DNA of 63,758 nucleotides, counting the filler, from Klebsormidium nitens (lineage: Eukaryota; Plantae; Klebsormidiophyceae), in assembly GCA_000708835.1 (NCBI GenBank). It is 6 parts of 6 records of this genome, joined end to end, with 100 filler letters (N's around TTAATTAATTAA, not from the genome) between each part and the next. Parts side by side here need not be neighbours in the genome. Positions count along the whole stretch, not along the records: positions 2,569 to 16,291 come from DF238058.1; positions 16,392 to 20,900 come from DF238496.1; positions 21,001 to 44,938 come from DF237865.1; 3 more parts are not named here. One strand, 5' to 3'. The notes under the pieces were generated by a model that saw nothing but the letters and a program-made list of their open reading frames with translations, searched no databases and was not told where the DNA came from. Position numbers and translations under genes: made by a program. Numbering within the stretch: the stretch's first letter is position 1; every line of letters begins with the position of its first letter. Shown here piece by piece: positions 10,500 to 21,509 of the stretch.

Positions 10500-10568
10500 C
10501 AACATTACAGCCGTACACCTTGAAGTTCAGTAGCCATGGCTTCTACGGGTTCTGACATTAGAAACCTT

Positions 10569-13500
10569 CTACACTAATAGAAGCCGGTTGCGTACAGCCG
10601 ACCGCCACAAATCCGCTCGCCCCGCGATCCGCAGCTTCGGTTCGTCAACTCGCGCGAGTTCGCCGTTTCGTCCAGAAATAAGATTAGCCAGAATAACCAT
10701 AAAGGCGGCGAGGCTAGAATACCATGCAAGCGTACGGAATTGTACAAGGAACGAGTTGCAGCTTTCGACCGCTGACGTGTTCACCCAGCGGACGGCGTCG
10801 TAGTAATCTGGACGTGACAAACCAGGGTTTAGCCGACATATTCATACCCACCGGATCGAAGGTGCAGAAATCACACCCAGATCACGTGCCACGTCAGCGA
10901 GGTCAACGGTGAGTCAATAGTCGCTTCCTTCGTATAGAAAGCTACTCGCTGTCGTTTTTGACTGCCACGTCGCGACCAACCAACGAATCTCATCTACCGC
11001 CAACGACCCTGCCAACTTCTGATGCAAATCGGCCATCTTTTCCAGCATTGCACATGCATCTTGTTGCTCACCAGGGTTAAACGATGGTCCACACTTGTGA
11101 GCCTCCGTGGATGTGCGCTGGAAATGAAAACTGCAGTGAATTGCGGCATGGGTTTGGAACGGGGCCGGCATCTCGACAATCGAAAGGCACGGTGATTCAG
11201 TGCCGCAGTGGCCCAAACTATTTCCACCACGTGCAGACCGTTGCATGCTGAAATTCAAGTGTGCTGCACGGACTTCCATTTTTTTGCCGTCACACTAACC
11301 GGTCGACGAGAAAGCGCACGTCCGCAAAGTGCGCAGGCTCTCTTTGCATCGCGTACGCCTGCAGCTTGCATGCGTTGTCGTAGACAAGAAAGCGCGGAAG
11401 ATGCCGCCGTTGAAGGCGGGTGTAGAGGACGGCAAAGGGATCCCTCGGCGACTCCCCTCGCAACATGACGTGCCACCCGTAGATGACACGATGGGGGCAG
11501 CAGAAAACGAAGCCGCCCTTCGTGTGTTGCTGCAGTCGCTTGGCCTCCTTAACTTTGCCTGAATCGAGGGCAATCTTGGCATCGAACTCGCCAATCGTGA
11601 GACCGCTGCGGCAACGGTGCTCCTCGTGGCGCTCGAGGGACCGTCCCAACTCGTCTTCGAACGGGCGGTACTGGGGCAAAGGCCTCTTCTGCTGCCACCC
11701 TGGCAGCGGATAGCAGCCAAGGTCTTGCTGCTCGCGGCAGTAGGGGTGATCATGGGGAAAGGCGGCTGACTCTGAGCCGTCGATCTCGAGCCCGAGCCTG
11801 CCGTTCAACAACTCCTGCTCTGCCGGCAGCAGTGGGTACCGCTGCGGGGCCGGTGGGGTAAGGGTTTCGACCCCGGGGAGAAGGGAGTTGGCACGAGCGG
11901 CCCAGAAGTCGAAGGCTTGTCGCTGCTCGACACTCAGGGGGTTCGGTTGGCGCTGCAGCCACATGCACACGTCCAACCCCTCGATTGCCGACAGCGCCCA
12001 CCCCGCACGCCCTACTCCGAGGCCCACGGCCCCCCTCCCGAATAGCGTCAGGCGGTAGAGGTGATGCAGCGCAGGATGGAAGAAGGCGGGGAACCGGTCG
12101 CCATAGTGGTCTAGAAGCCGGCGCAAGATGGGGGCGTGCTCCGCCAAGAGAATTCTGTCGTGGTCGTTTGCGGCTTCCCCGAGCAACAGTTTTCGAACCA
12201 CGCCCAGCGCCCGGCCATGCTGGATGAGGTTCGAGTCGTCCGATACGGACAGCGGCGCGCCAAGACTGTAGAGCAGTTCGGACCACGTCCCTGGGCAGCT
12301 CGGGGGCCAGTGGGGCTCGACCTGCATCGCCTCGATCTCGATGCTCTCGAGCAGCTCCAGCACGGCTTTGTTCTTGGAGCGCATCTGGCCGACCTGGTCC
12401 GTCCGAATCCGCCGCCGCCAATGGAGCAACACGGGGTCGCCATCCGCATCGTCCGGATCGGCAACAAAGTCGGTGACGAATTGCACGTCGTCCCGGTCCA
12501 ATGCGACCTGCATCGAGTCACGACGGGCGTCAGAGCAAGTCTTCAGCATGCCGTATGAATGAACGGCGCACTAGCCTCCAGTGCTCACTGCCTGCCACGT
12601 GGCAAGTTGTGCGGCGTGTTTCGGACGGTCCTCAAAGCATGCATGCGCGGATCGGACGGCTGTCAGAGTGTGATAAAAGGGCATTCCAGGTTGAAACACT
12701 TGGAGCCCAATCATCGGGGAAAAAAAAACTTTCTAGATTCAAAAAGTCTATAGGTTATAGAACGCTTTTTTTTCCCATGTCGATCTGCGCTTATGCGCTT
12801 AGTCATTTATTGATCACTCTGGGCCAGATACTACCAATGACTCGCTCTCCGGGCCTGCATATCTGACGGAATCTCTCGTATGCCTGCAGCATGATCATAT
12901 TGATAGAGTCAAGATCGCCACGTGGTGCTCAAGACGTGCATGGTCCGAATGAGACTCACCAGCAGCTCTTCGTACTCTCGCGCGGTGAGGTGCTTTCCGA
13001 ACTCGACGTCAGCCGGATGGTGTCCACTGAACCGGGCCAGCAACGTTCGGAGCTCCGGTTGATGCACGAGGCGCCGCTTCAGGCCAGCCCCCGCAAGCGA
13101 CGCCGCCAGGTAGTTGCCCCCTGGCTCCATGACTTTCTGAACGTTGACGTCGAGGAAGTCTCGACTCGGAGCCGTGAACGGCCGAACCTGGGCCGCGCCA
13201 GTACCCGCAAGCCCGCCTTTTTGCCGGCCCCCATCCGCACAAGCGAGCCCCGCAATGCCGTCGTAGAGTAGAACCTGCAGGGAAGCTCAAGAGCCTTGCG
13301 TCCGTCTTGACACAGAGCCCGCCGTTGCCACATCAGCAGAAAGCTAGTCAAAAACGCCACTCCCTTGTCTATGTAAAGCATGTCGATGAGTAGAGCCACT
13401 TACCGCCGGATGCGGCCCGCATAGGCTGCAGCACTCCAGGATCTGGCGGCCGCACAGCCTGAAAAAGCCCAGGCTCGCCTTGCTCCAAGTCTCCTCCGAG

Positions 13501-16288
13501 AGAAGGATGGCGTTGGGCTTAAAGAATCGACGGGTGGCGTTCTGAGCAGAGACGATTCCTCCGAAGGCCGAGCCCGAGTTTTGAACGGACCGCAGCAGCA
13601 GCTGGCATGCGGCCTGCGTGACAACAACCCCTCGCGTCCAAGCGTAGAGGCCGAGCGCCTCTCCGTTGAAGTGGACTGTGTGCTTCTCGTGGCAGCCGCA
13701 GCAGTAGATTCGCAGCTGCACCTGGGCACCGCAAGAGGGGAGTCTGCTTTTGCCAAGTGCCATTTGCAAACCCGCTTGTCTAAGCCGTTACCAAGCCCCA
13801 GATGGGACGGGAAAAAATAACTGTTGCGATTCAAGAAAACGTATTCATTAGGAATGTTATTTTTTCCCCGTTCGCCTTCCGACTCGATCAAGATTGTCAA
13901 GATTGCTTGACGAAATGCAAGATACCAAACGCTGCAAGACTGCAGGACTTCAAAGCTGCGATCCCTGAGCTTACCTCCTGCGACCACTCTAGAGAGTAGA
14001 TTTGCGCCGTCTGCCATAAGCCACTCCATCCGGTCCCGCAAGGAGGTGGCGCTCTGGGACAAGGCGCCGTGAGGCACTCCAGGGTGCTGAGCTCCTTGAA
14101 GTCTCGATCCGTGAGCTCGCTAACCCTCACGGGACGCCGTAGCAGCGTCACCTCGGGGTCGTGCACGTCCCAGGAGTCCGTTGGGCGAACGAGCTTGGGC
14201 ACCTCCACCTGAACGCCCTCGGCTTCCACTGGCATCACCGCAGCAACACGCATGGGCTCCCCTTGAGTGCACGTGCTCGATGGGCACACGCAACTGCTGC
14301 ACGCTGGAACCAAGAACGGGCCACGCACGCCTCCTGCAACCCCCGATGCGCCCACCCTCGTGTCTCCATTCCCTGCATTCTCCAATTCTGAAACCGGGCC
14401 ACCACCATTGGCGCCACGTGCTTCCCAGTACTTCTTAGTTCGGCGCTTCCCCTTTGCTAGAGGAACGTCCCCCTCTCCCGCCTCTGCTTGCCCCGATCGA
14501 GCCCGTTTCCCACTCGCAGAGGCAGAGTTGCAGCAGCGTGTCGTGCATTTTGCTGCCCCCCAGTGTCGAGTTTGACCCCGCCAAACAACCTCGCATGCTG
14601 CTTGCAGAAGCAACTGTCCCCCTTGCAAGTTGCTTCATGGTGGCCTCCCACAATCAACTCAGCCATGTACTTTTCTAGCCCCAAGTCTGTCGCCCCCTCT
14701 TTGTTCCGCTGCATACAGGACGGGGCCTCAGAGTCAACGTTGCTTTGATGCAAAGCGCCTCCGCTGAGCCCATCTTGGCCGACACTTCCCAAACCCCGCT
14801 TCAGCTGTTCGTTTGAAAAGAAGCTGCCGGCCAACCTCTGCATGCCCCCTTTTCGCTCGAGAGCTCTCTTCGCCTCTTGAATGTGACCACAATCGGCCAC
14901 CCTGCTGCACCCATCCTGCCGCCCCTCACAGTACCAGAAGAAGTCTGCGGTTGCGGAGTAGTGGACCATCGTTCGCTGCGGTGACGGTGACCCAGCATTC
15001 CAGTACACCCCAAAGACCCGCTCAACCGCCTCCTCGCATGGCACCTCCACGACCCTTGCCCCCCGCGGCAAAGACACATGGCTCGCTAGCCTTGACGGCT
15101 CTAGCGCCTGCAGCGCGAGCTTATGGACGCAAGGGGCGTCAAAGTACAGTCGCCCCCGATCGCAAGTGCAGCTTGTTCTCCCCATGGTGTCCCAATAAAC
15201 CGTCTCCAAGAGCGCGCGCACCTTGCTGGGCCGTCCTAGCGGCTTAGACCTCGCGTTGTTGTGATCCCAAGCAGTGGCCAAGTACACTGTGCTGAGAGAC
15301 TCCTCTTCGCCGACACTGTACAAGATGCACTGCCCTGATCTGATGGCGATGATGAACCGGGCAGCTTGTGCAGCGATAGTCAGGCGGCCATCGGCATTGC
15401 GGGCATCCGTGGGCGAAGCTTGGCTCTGCTCCTCCTACATATGTGCAAGGGCAATTGAGTCTTTGACACATCACATATCGACACATGCCAGCCGATCACG
15501 TGGAGTCTGCCAGCTTGAAGAAAACGTCTTCGATCCCGTCTCATTCTGGGAGTATGCGAGTGATTCACAAGTGACACCTCTGGCTCAATACATCGGCAAC
15601 TACATATGAGAAGGACGTACACGCTCTGCCCTCAAACATGTTAACAGAACAGCAAATGTAGGCAGCATATCCTGGACTGCAACCTCAGCAAACGACAATC
15701 AGCAGGTTGAGCAAGGGCACCGTAAGACCCTCCGACCGCTAGGGGCGCCCTCCCTCTTGCGATCTCCCCTGCTTTTCGCCCTCTATTGAGAGCAGCCTCA
15801 GCTGCAGTGCCGCCGCGGCGCCCGCCGAATGCTTGCTTAGCTTGCTCCTCCCTCAGAATGAGGGGCTTCAGCTCTTCTCCTAGCAGCGCTTTCAGCCGAC
15901 ACCATGGCTCTGCTGGTGAGGAGCGCTGAAACCAGATCTCGGCAGGCCCAATCGAATCTACTCTAGCTACGGAGATTGTAAGTCTGTTTGCTGACTCTGA
16001 CACCGGACCGTAATGCCGCCCCACACATTGCAAGCACAGAGGTTGGTCCTTCCGCTGCCCTTTAACCCTAGAGTCTCTCTCAGTGACTGCAAACCCTTTC
16101 AGCGAATGCGACTTTGGAAACGCCAACTGATAACCATCCACAAGCTTTGCAATCAGAGTCTGCCTGCATATGGCGCATTTAGTAGCTAGGAAAACTATCG
16201 ACTCCAGCCGTGAGGGGTCTACCGGTACGATTGAATTACCAGACTGGACCTGCTTCTGGGTCACTGGGTGCAACCGTGATGGTCTCAT
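10569..16288 (-). mobile_element. KDZ transposase gene, copy 2, nearly complete and multi-exon
   Basis: C4 finger (CAIC...CLQC), two SWIM motifs and CxC clusters (YCCGC, CCSLCGPHP). Spliced LLYDG (Asp at 13260-13262), KGGFVFCCPHRVIYG, GESPRD, LVYDNAC, FLVDR^FHF and NTSAVESCNS give the KDZ D-D-E core. Canonical splice sites, e.g. 13404/13274 and 11072/10807. One frameshift in the G6 run at 14556-14561. The 5' end abuts a gap. Confidence 0.92.
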
Positions 16289-16391
16289 TTCNNNNNNNNN
16301 NNNNNNNNNNNNNNNNNNNNNNNNNNNNNNNNNNNTTAATTAATTAANNNNNNNNNNNNNNNNNNNNNNNNNNNNNNNNNNNNNNNNNNNN

Positions 16392-18565
16392 TGGTGAGCA
16401 TGGAGATGCGGCCACTACTTGGGGGGGCGGGTGCACTGCGGGGGGGCATAGGAGTGGTGTCGTTTGCGTCTGTGAGAGTTGCTCCTGCCCTTCGTTGGCG
16501 TGCCTTCACACGGAGGCAGCACGTATTGCCGTCGTCATGCCCATGAGCGCAGAGGGCGTTCAGGTGGAGACTCCAAAGTTAGTGCGCCCAACAGACGGCT
16601 CGGCCGTTCACGACCCTCCTGTCACCCTGCTGAAGCAGCCGGTGAGAGTTAGCCAGCTGACCTTTCACCGCAGGTTGCGCTTGATCGAGCGGACGTACAA
16701 GTCGTCACCGAGTTCATTCCAGACCCTGACGACCCCAACGCGGACTCTGTTCTTCTTCATTGGCGACGACGTCTTCTTCTCGAGCAGACCGGCTTGATTC
16801 GGACCAAAAACCGGGCGTTGTTGGTTCTCATGGAAGGGATCAAGGCAGAGTCTCTGCTGAGCAATCCCGGACAGAGCCCCCCCCGTTGCCCTGGAAGATG
16901 GTCGGAGCTTCTTTACAGCCTCGGCACGCCGAAGTCCGTTCCTGATGATAGCAATATTATCCAGCATGGCAGTGCTCTAGCGGTGGTCAGAAAGCTTCTC
17001 CTGGGAGGAGTGGCGAATCTAGACGACCGTGCCGTCCTGGCTGAGCATTCTCCCATCTTGCGCCGATTGCTAGACCACTACGGGTCCACCTTCCCCACCT
17101 TCTTCCTCCCAACCCTCCACCATCTATATCGGCTCACACTATTGGGCCGCGGAACGGTCGGCCTAGGGGTGGGACGCGCTGGGATCACGCTCTCTACCAT
17201 CGAGGGGCTAGACATCTGCGTTTGGTCAGCGCGAGACAGAGTAGAGCGGCCGCACGCATGGTCCGCGGACCGCCACCAAGCTTTTGCATTTTGGGAGGCG
17301 CGGGCAAATGCTTTGCTACCAGCGGTTGAGCAGCTGTCACAACCGGAAGCTGGGGTCTACCCGCTCTCAGTACCAGAGACAGCGCTTTGGAATGGGCGGC
17401 TAGGCCTAGAAGCAGGTGGAACCATCCCTCCCGATCTACCTCTCGATCATCCCTTCTGCAAAGAACAGCGCGCGCTTGGCTGCTATCCTCTGCCTGGCTG
17501 GGAACAGAAGCGCCCTCTGCCGCAGTACAGACCTTTTGAAGACGAGCTAGGCAGATCCATCGAACGGGCTGAAGAGCATCGATGTAGAGGGGGCTCACCG
17601 TGGGGGAGTTTGACGCTGAGGTCGCGATTCTTAGCAAGTCGAAGTCTGCTCAGCGTCTCCAGAAGCATACCAAAGGGGGCTTTGTGTTCTGCTGTCCCCA
17701 CTGGGTAATTTATGGTTTTCATGCCATGCTTTGGGGGGAGTCGCCGCGCGATCCGTTTGCCGTGCTGTATACACGACTACATCGACACCATCTGCCTCGC
17801 TTTGTCTTCTACGACAACGCTTGCAAGCTGCGAGCCTACTGCATGCGACGCGAGCCGGCTTTTTTCACCGACGTTCGCTTCCTAGTAGACAGGTGAGATG
17901 GAGACACACTCTTTTTGACTTCTTCCGTATTGCCAACACACGACTTTACATCTCTTCAAACGTCACAAATCTGCAACCTTGGTTGGGGCACTGTGGTCTA
18001 GATTCAGCACACTTTGTATATGCCTTGAAACCGCAGAACCTAGACAAGTCCTACGGTCATAGAGCAAACTTTCGAGAATTTAGCCAGTCAAACGCATTGT
18101 CTGATCCCTGACGCCATGCTACCGTGCAACGAGGTTGATTGTTGTCTTGTGAGGTTGCTTTATGTGCACATTGGTTGGCTGACATTGTGAAGATGTTGTC
18201 CGTATGATCACTTCCATAAACGCGTTCTTCTTAAACTAATCTGATATTCGCGCAATGTTGCGTGCAGATTCCACTTTCAGCGAACTGGAGCGGAGGGACA
18301 CAAGTTCGGACCAACATTCAATCCAGATTACTATGACGTAGTGCGTTGGGTTAACACTTCGGCTGTCGAGAGTTGCAATTCTTTTCTCATCAGGTTTAAG
18401 ACGCTAGGCTGGTACTCTGGGCTCGAAGCTTTCATGATTATTCTAGCCAGTTTGGTGAGTGGCCGAAATTCAGAACTTGTGCGGGTAGATGACGCTAAGA
18501 TGAGAGTAGCGGGTAACGTACGCTGGTGGACACCGTTTGTTCGATATTGCCTATTACATGTTTGA
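16392..18565 (+). pseudogene. KDZ transposase copy 3, internally deleted and frameshifted
   Basis: Homologous to copy 2, but jumps from RPVRVSQLT (~16664) straight to the acceptor before VALD (~16671), losing the CxC and YDG exons. Frameshift in the G-run near 17587-17592. YDNAC and NTSAVESCNS are retained. Confidence 0.88.
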
Positions 18566-18633
18566 AAGATAGTCTTCTGGTTTGCAATCAAATGGCTGTC
18601 ACCGAATCAATCTGATGAGGCAGGATGGGATTC

Positions 18634-18996
18634 GCAGACCAAAAGACCAGAAGCCCAAGATTCAATCTTTTTTATTCTACAGAGAGGCACTATGTCATAG
18701 TGTTATTCACTGGGAAACGAAATGAAAAAGATCTAGAATTCTGGTCTTCTGGTCTTTTGGTCTGCAATCATGTATTTGTCATTGATCTAGATCTCTAGTC
18801 TTTGAAACCTAGTCTTTTTGTCTGCAATCAATGAACTAATCCAATGAAGCAGAATAGGATTTGCAGACCAAAAGACCAGAAGTCCGAGATCCTAATTGTT
18901 TCTCATTTCACAGAGTGGCTCTATATGATTGTCTTATTCATTGAAAAATGAAATTGAAAAGATCTAGAATTCTGGTCTTCTGGTCTTCTGGTCTGC
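18634..18996. promoter_or_regulatory. Two origin-like units of inverted GACCAGAA iteron triplets
   Basis: Forward arrays 18634-18660 and 18863-18889, reverse arrays 18739-18765 and 18970-18996 (the last is a perfect TTCTGGTC x3 + TGC). Each pair encloses an AT-rich core of ~80 bp. Function is inferred. Confidence 0.65.
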
Positions 18997-19077
18997 AATC
19001 ATATGGATGTCATCAAACCAATCCAATGAAGCAACACGAAAGCCATGTAACATGCACGAGGTATCGCCGTTGCCCAC

Positions 19078-19830
19078 TCATCCATCTGCCGTTTCATGCA
19101 TAAAATCAGGTTTCAATCGCACGCCACTAAGACCCTTGAATTGCCCTCTATCTTGCACAGATCTATCCGTAAAACGACCGTCTTCGAGTCGATAGTTGGC
19201 TCCATCGGCATAGAGGAGGATGCGTTTTTTCGGGGCTTGAGCGGTCAGAGAACTAGAAATCTCCTCCTCCTCCTTCATCCAAGCTCGAAAAGCATCACCA
19301 AGCCTTTCTCCTAGAGCTAGATGCCATTTCGCACGTACACCCTCTTGCATCTCTTCAAACTCGCAACACTCCTCGATGAAACGTTTGCCAACATTGTTGT
19401 CGTTGACATACGCCTTCAAGGCGTCCTTCATAGCTTTTGGTCGTTTCTCCAGAACAAGAGCGCTTGGATTTGCTCGTTTCAACTCAAAGTAGCGCTTTGC
19501 CCTGGCTGCAATCGATGAAAGTCCATCTTCTCGACCCTCGTCGGACTTCAAATAAGCTTCCAAGGTAGGGTCTTTGGGCTTCTCTCTAGTTTTCCGCGGA
19601 TCAACATCGTCGGCCGACTTGAAAGTCACTGTCATCGGAAGGAGGGCCATACGACGTACGAGACTAAACAAAGTGTTTTCCATGACGGGCTTGTAATTAG
19701 TGTTTAGAATGGCCTTATGGGACACCATAAAGGTCTCTTGCTTGCCTTGAAGCTCTCTTGCCGTGACGGAGCCGCCTCCAGACAACTCCTTGATTGTTGC
19801 TTCGTTAAGGACGGACTTTTTGCTCGACTT
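19078..19830 (-). CDS. D5/SF3 primase-helicase, C-terminal part (5' truncated by a gap)
   Basis: ARELQGKQETF, KAILNTN, RRMALLP and WHLALGERLG...FKGLSGVRLK. Clearly homologous to 5455-7188. The N-terminal residues in the ORF track come from reading across Ns. Confidence 0.9.
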   Translation of the reverse strand, partial: KSSKKSVLNEATIKELSGGGSVTARELQGKQETFMVSHKAILNTNYKPVMENTLFSLVRRMALLPMTVTFKSADDVDPRKTREKPKDPTLEAYLKSDEGREDGLSSIAARAKRYFELKRANPSALVLEKRPKAMKDALKAYVNDNNVGKRFIEECCEFEEMQEGVRAKWHLALGERLGDAFRAWMKEEEEISSSLTAQAPKKRILLYADGANYRLEDGRFTDRSVQDRGQFKGLSGVRLKPDFMHETADG

Positions 19831-19898
19831 NNNNNNNNNNNNNNNNNNNNCACATGTGAAGTAGACAGGCAGCGTGTGACCCTGTCCAACCGTCACAC

Positions 19899-20900
19899 AA
19901 TCAATGAACTAATCCTATGAAGCAGAATAGGATTCGCAGACCAAAAGACCAGAAGTCCGAGATTCTCATTCTTTCTCATTTCACAGAGTGGCTCTATATC
20001 ATTGTCTTATTCATTGAAAAATGAAATTGAAAAGATCTAGAATTCTGGTCTTCTGGTCTTCTGGTCTGCAATCATATGGATGTCATCGAACCAATCCAAT
20101 GAAGCAACACGAAAGCCATGTAACATGCACGAGGTATCGCCGTTGCCCACTCATCCATCTGCCGTTTTATGCATAAAATCAGGTTTCAACCGCACGCCAC
20201 TAAGACCCTTGAATTGCCCTCTATCTTGCACAGATCTATCCGTAAAACGACCGTCTTCGAGTCGATAGTTGGCTCCATCGGCATAGAGGAGGATGCGTTT
20301 TTTCAGGGCTTGAGCGGTCAGAGAACTAGAAATCTCCTCCTCCTTCATCCAAGCTCGAAAAGCATCACCAAGCCTTTCTCCTAGAGCTAGGTGCCATTTC
20401 GCACGTACACCCTCTTGCATCTCTTCAAACTCGCAACACTCCTCGATGAAACGTTTGCCAACATCGTTGTCGTTGACATACGCCTTCAAGGCGTCCTTCA
20501 TAGCTTTTGGTCGTTTCTCCAGAACAAGAGCGCTTGGATTTGCTCGTTTCAACTCAAAGTAGCGCTTTGCCCCGGCTGCAATCCATGAAAGTCCATCTTC
20601 TCGACCCTCGTCGGACTTCAAGTAAGCTTCCAAGGTAGGGTCTTTGGGCTTCTCTCTAGTTTTCCGCGGATCAACATCGTCGGCCGACTTGAAAGTCACT
20701 GTCATCGGAAGGAGGGCCATACGACGTACGAGACTAAACGAAGTGTTTTCCATGATGGGCTTGTAATTAGTGTTTAGAATGGCCTTATGGGACACCATAA
20801 AGGTCTCTTGCTTGCCTTGAAGCTCTCTTGCCGTGATGGAGCCGCCTCCAGACAACTCCTTGATTGTTGCTTCGTTAAGGACGGACTTTTCGCTCGACTC
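19899..20900 (-). repeat. Near-identical second copy of [origin unit 19936-20069 + D5 C-terminus 20151-20900]
   Basis: Offset 1073 bp from 18826-19830, with scattered substitutions and a 3-nt indel. Both copies end at the same D5 codon against a gap. Confidence 0.9.
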
Positions 20901-21000
20901 NNNNNNNNNNNNNNNNNNNNNNNNNNNNNNNNNNNNNNNNNNNNTTAATTAATTAANNNNNNNNNNNNNNNNNNNNNNNNNNNNNNNNNNNNNNNNNNNN

Positions 21001-21320
21001 ACACACACGAGCCCGGTATAAATGGGTCGGCAACGCCAACAGTCCGAAGATATAAGAGTCCGGTCTCGGTCTAGGATCCTCCTACCCTAGACAAAGTGTG
21101 CAAGTCTGCAGTGCGAACTCGGCCGTCCTGGACTACCTCGGCTCTGAGCCCTACCGACCTCTCGATCGCGCGGGCCGCTCTATGGTGAACTGCCCTAGCC
21201 TGGCTACGCTGGAGGATAACTGAAACCCGCTGACGGAAGTAGCAGAGTAACCTTGTAACCTTGTAATTGCCCCTCGTGAAAGACCACTACACTAGTTTCG
21301 GCTCAACCTAGGTCTCAACA
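21001..21320 (+). mobile_element. Probable 3' part of an LTR (solo or the end of an element lost in the gap)
   Basis: TATAAAT near 21017, repeated accttgtaa motifs, and an end at ...TCTCAACA typical of TG...CA LTR termini. There is no coding evidence and the 5' end is in the gap. Confidence 0.35.
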
Positions 21321-21509
21321 AAAGTGCTGAACTGATCGGACGTGCCACGTCGCCACTGCAGCATGGGCTAGCACAGCCCCTGCAACATCTTTGTTGACGA
21401 GTTACAATAGAGAAGAAGGGCGCCTACAGATGAAGGGCGCCTGCTAGCTCGATTGCCTGGCCATTCCAAGCTGTGGGGATCTTTGCTTTGTCGAATTCGG
21501 AGACGCGCC

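Larger units (their letters stand above)
2570..16292. mobile_element. Composite element unit A: tyrosine recombinase > small ORF > PrimPol-D5 > origin-like repeats > cargo gene > origin-like repeats < KDZ transposase
   Basis: Contiguous, gap-free sequence between two scaffold gaps. No host-type gene or obvious terminus separates the modules. Treating it as one element is inference, supported by the same KDZ/ori/D5 layout at 16392-20900 and 62356-63758. Both ends are hidden by gaps. Confidence 0.65.

Noticed and set aside
2570-16292. Polinton/Maverick or complete virophage call for unit A
   Set aside because: No family B polymerase, retroviral-type integrase, capsid, protease or packaging ATPase is visible in the sequenced part.
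18634-18996. Regular repeat arrays as a possible CRISPR array
   Set aside because: Repeats are 8-bp units in inverted triplets, not 23-50 bp direct repeats with unique spacers. The context is eukaryotic and there are no cas genes.
19851-19896. N-terminal peptide MTVGQGHTLPVYFTC of the ORF-track D5 protein
   Set aside because: Produced by reading across a 20-N gap; it does not match the equivalent region of the unit A helicase.
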